A stretch of 22,883 nt of DNA from an uncultured Lentisphaeria bacterium. GTDB taxonomy: Bacteria > Verrucomicrobiota > Lentisphaeria > JABSQK01 > JAJFLO01. Below the pieces are notes generated by a model. That model had not been told where the DNA came from. It did not search any database and worked only from the letters and a program-made list of their open reading frames with translations. Position 1 is the stretch's first letter. Each line of letters begins with the position of its first letter. The translations under genes and the position numbers were made by a program. The stretch spans positions 1 through 22,883 of the forward strand of contig CATOSW010000002.1 of the NCBI GenBank assembly GCA_951812855.1, written 5' to 3'. Shown piece by piece: positions 20,176-22,883 of this stretch.

Positions 20176-20250
20176 GCCACTGTGGTGGAATAGGTAGACA
20201 CGTCAGACTTAAAATCTGATATAATATGGGTTCAAGTCCCATTAGTGGCG
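20176..20250 (+). tRNA. trnL: tRNA-Leu (anticodon UAA)
   Basis: Acceptor gccactg/tagtggc, D-arm gtgg-aataggtag-acac, anticodon stem tcaga/tctga, loop cttaaaa, short 6-nt variable region, T-arm atggg-ttcaagt-cccat. Confidence 0.9.
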
Positions 20251-20262
20251 ATTACAAGACTA

Positions 20263-20333
20263 GCACGCATAGTTTAACGGTAAAATGGTTGACTTCCAAT
20301 CAGCGGTTGTGGGTTCAATTCCCACTGTGTGTA
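20263..20333 (+). tRNA. trnG: tRNA-Gly (UCC); same locus as 3..73
   Basis: Identical to 3..73 (offset 20,260). Confidence 0.9.
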
Positions 20334-20353
20334 ACAAGTAATTTAATCCTTCA

Positions 20354-20424
20354 TGTAGAGTAGACTAATGGTTGGTCACTAGACTCATGATCTAGGTATG
20401 TAGGTTCGATTCCTACCTCTGCTT
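20354..20424 (+). tRNA. tRNA with CAU anticodon; same locus as 94..164
   Basis: Identical to 94..164 (offset 20,260). Confidence 0.85.
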
Positions 20425-20478
20425 TAACCCCACTCCTGTAATAATTTTAGGAGTGTTGAGTTTAAAGACAATAAAGAA

Positions 20479-21876
20479 ATGTATGAAGCTTTTTATCCAG
20501 AATTATTTCTAAGTCTAGCAGTGTTGGTCCTGGTTATCTATGGAGTTTATCAGCCAACATTAAAAACAGCAATAATAATTTTGTTGGTTACAGGATTAAT
20601 GGCCCTCCCTAACGAACAGTTTTTATTTTGAGAAGATAAGACGCTTGATCTAACAAACGGGCTTTTGACAATTAATAGTTGAATATCTATTACAAAATTA
20701 ATTATTATAGTAGGGTCTATTTCTATATTATTAATGTTGAAAGACACCAAAATTTCGGGACAAGCATCATTTGATTCCCCCGTTTTAATTTTAATTGTAA
20801 CATTGGGATCTGTGCTTTTAGTTTCATCAATTAATTGACTTTCTGTTTATTTGGCCATTGAATTACAAACTTTATCCTTATTTGTTTTAACCGCATTAAA
20901 AAGAGATAGTGCATACGGCGCTGAAGCCGGGCTTAAATATTTTGTCTTAGGGGCGTTATCATCCGGCCTATTTTTATTTGGATGTGCTTTACTTTATGGT
21001 TTAACCGGTGAAACAAGCGTACATGCTGGTGGACAAATATGTGCTCTTACATCAAATGGTGAGGTAGGAAAAATTCTTATAACAATTTCGTTATTATTTA
21101 AACTATCTGCTGCGCCATTCCATATGTGAGCCCCCGATGTATATGAGGGAGCACCAACAACAACAACCGCACTATTGGCTATAGTGCCAAAAGTTAGTGT
21201 GTTTGCTATTTTAGTTCAAATAGGACCAGTAGTTAATGTATTATTAGCAAGTGCAATACTATCTATGATATATGGAGCTATAGGGGCCTTAAATCAAACT
21301 AAAATTAAACGACTATTAGCATATAGTGGTATTGGTCACATGGGGTTTGTTCTTTTTGGTGTAACAATTGGTTCATTTGAAAGTATTCAAGCAAGCTTAA
21401 TATATATGATTATATATGTTATAATGTCTATATGTAGTTTTTCAATAATACTAACATTAGGATTATCTAAAAACTTAATAGTGGAGTTTAGCGGCCTTTC
21501 TAGGAGACATCCTGTTATGGCAGTAACCCTAGCTTTTACTTTTCTGTCTACAGCCGGAATCCCACCTTTAGCAGGGTTTTTTAGTAAGTGGTTAGTGTTA
21601 TTATGTGGAATATCCTCTCAATATTATTTAACTTCAATCATAGCCGTGCTTTGCTCCGTTATAGCGGGGGTATATTATGTAAGAATAGTAAAAATAATTT
21701 ACTTTCAAGCAGAATCTTCTCTTTTAATTTGAAAAGATGTACTTACAGGAGATAAAAGAGGAGAATTCAGAAGATCAATATTAATCGGATTATCACTATA
21801 TATAATACTATTCATAATGATATCTCCAAACCTGTTATTACAAATAGCACATGATGCTACGATGGGGCTATATTAA
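20479..21876 (+). CDS. nad2: NADH dehydrogenase subunit 2; same locus as 219..1616
   Basis: Identical to 219..1616 (offset 20,260). Confidence 0.93.
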
Positions 21877-21977
21877 TAATCTGTAAGGATAGTGTTGTTA
21901 TAAAAATATTAACCCGCCGCAGTGGCGGGTAACAACACGCCTTTGTATCAATAAAATTTTTGGTGAGAGAAAAAGAG

Positions 21978-22883
21978 ATGTATCTATTAGTATTATTTAT
22001 ACCATTATTAAGTGCTGCAATATCTGGTTTATTCGGAAGAAAAATTGGTGAAAAAGGTGCAGGTATTTTTACTTCAAGTAGTATAGTAATATCTTGAGTG
22101 TTATCAATGTTAATATTTTATGAAACAAATATTAATGCCTCTTCCACATATATAAAATTATGAAGATGATTCGATTCAGATTTATTAACTATTTATTTTG
22201 GCCTACAATTTGACGCCTTAACAGGCATAATGCTAGTTGTTGTTACTAGTGTTTCAGCCTTAGTTCATATTTATTCAACTGGCTACATGTCAGGAGATCC
22301 ACATATACCCAGATTTATGTCATATTTATCCTTATTTACTTTTTTTATGATTGTTTTAGTAACAAGTGATAATTATGTTCAATTATTTATAGGTTGAGAA
22401 GGTGTTGGTTTATGTTCTTATTTATTAATAAATTTTTGACTTACAAGAATCCAAGCTAATAAAGCAGCTATAAAAGCCATGTTGGTAAACAGAGTCGGAG
22501 ATATTGGATTAGTTTTGGGTATGTTTGCTATATTTAAAGAATTCGGAAGCTTAGAATTTTCAACAGTATTTAGTACGGTGAATGAAGTATCTCAACCTAA
22601 TAGCATAGCTTTAATATGTATATTATTACTTATTGGGGCAGTGGGTAAATCTGCTCAACTAGGTCTACATACTTGACTTCCAGATGCTATGGAAGGTCCA
22701 ACGCCTGTGTCGGCATTAATTCATGCTGCCACAATGGTTACAGCCGGGGTTTTTCTAATAATACGGTCTGGGCCTCTTTTCGAGGGTTCTCCTTTAGCAT
22801 TAACTGTTACAACAGTTGTAGGAGCCTTAACAGCCTTTTTTGCTGCCACGGTTGGATTAGTACAAAATGACTTAAAGAAAGTT
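21978..22883 (+). CDS. nad5: NADH dehydrogenase subunit 5, 5' part truncated by the window end; same locus as 1718..
   Basis: Identical to 1718..2623 (offset 20,260). Confidence 0.93.

Larger units (their letters stand above)
20261..22883. repeat. Copy B of the 2,623-bp terminal duplication (= 1..2623); second pass over the circle
   Basis: Identical sequence and identical ORF translations at offset 20,260. It ends only because the window ends. Confidence 0.9.

Overview
This window is a complete, circular-mapping mitochondrial genome of 20,260 bp that has been read past its own start. Bases 1..2623 are repeated exactly at 20261..22883. Conserved genes only stay open if TGA is read as Trp (translation table 4), and a tRNA-Trp with anticodon UCA is present.

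I can support 15 protein genes: nad1-6, nad4L, cob, cox1-3, atp6, atp8, atp9 and tatC. There are also rns, rnl and 27 cloverleaf tRNAs, packed tightly with the largest spacer at 120 bp.

Genes form two opposed transcription blocks:
- Plus block: cox2, trnV, rnl, tatC, seven tRNAs, then across the wrap point trnG, a CAU tRNA, nad2, nad5, trnL and cob.
- Minus block: cox1 down to a CAU tRNA at 4948.
- The blocks diverge at 15412..15531 and converge at 4895..4947.

The combination of atp9, tatC, code 4, 27 bacterial-like tRNAs, two opposed blocks and about 20.3 kb matches, as far as I recall, homoscleromorph sponges of the family Oscarellidae (Oscarella-type mtDNA). I cannot run a database search to confirm this. 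No prokaryotic-style novel system (defence island, CRISPR, mobile element) is present.

The points worth a second look are:
- tatC, which needs a non-ATG start.
- Near-identical inverted trnV copies bracketing the divergent region.
- A direct trnT duplication, plus a trnR(UCU) that looks remoulded from trnT.
- Two truncated tRNA-like minihelices sitting exactly 5' of cox3 and rns.
- A recurrent stem-loop just after, or across, the stop codon of most protein genes.

All coordinates come from manual reading and folding. No covariance-model, BLAST or energy calculation was possible.
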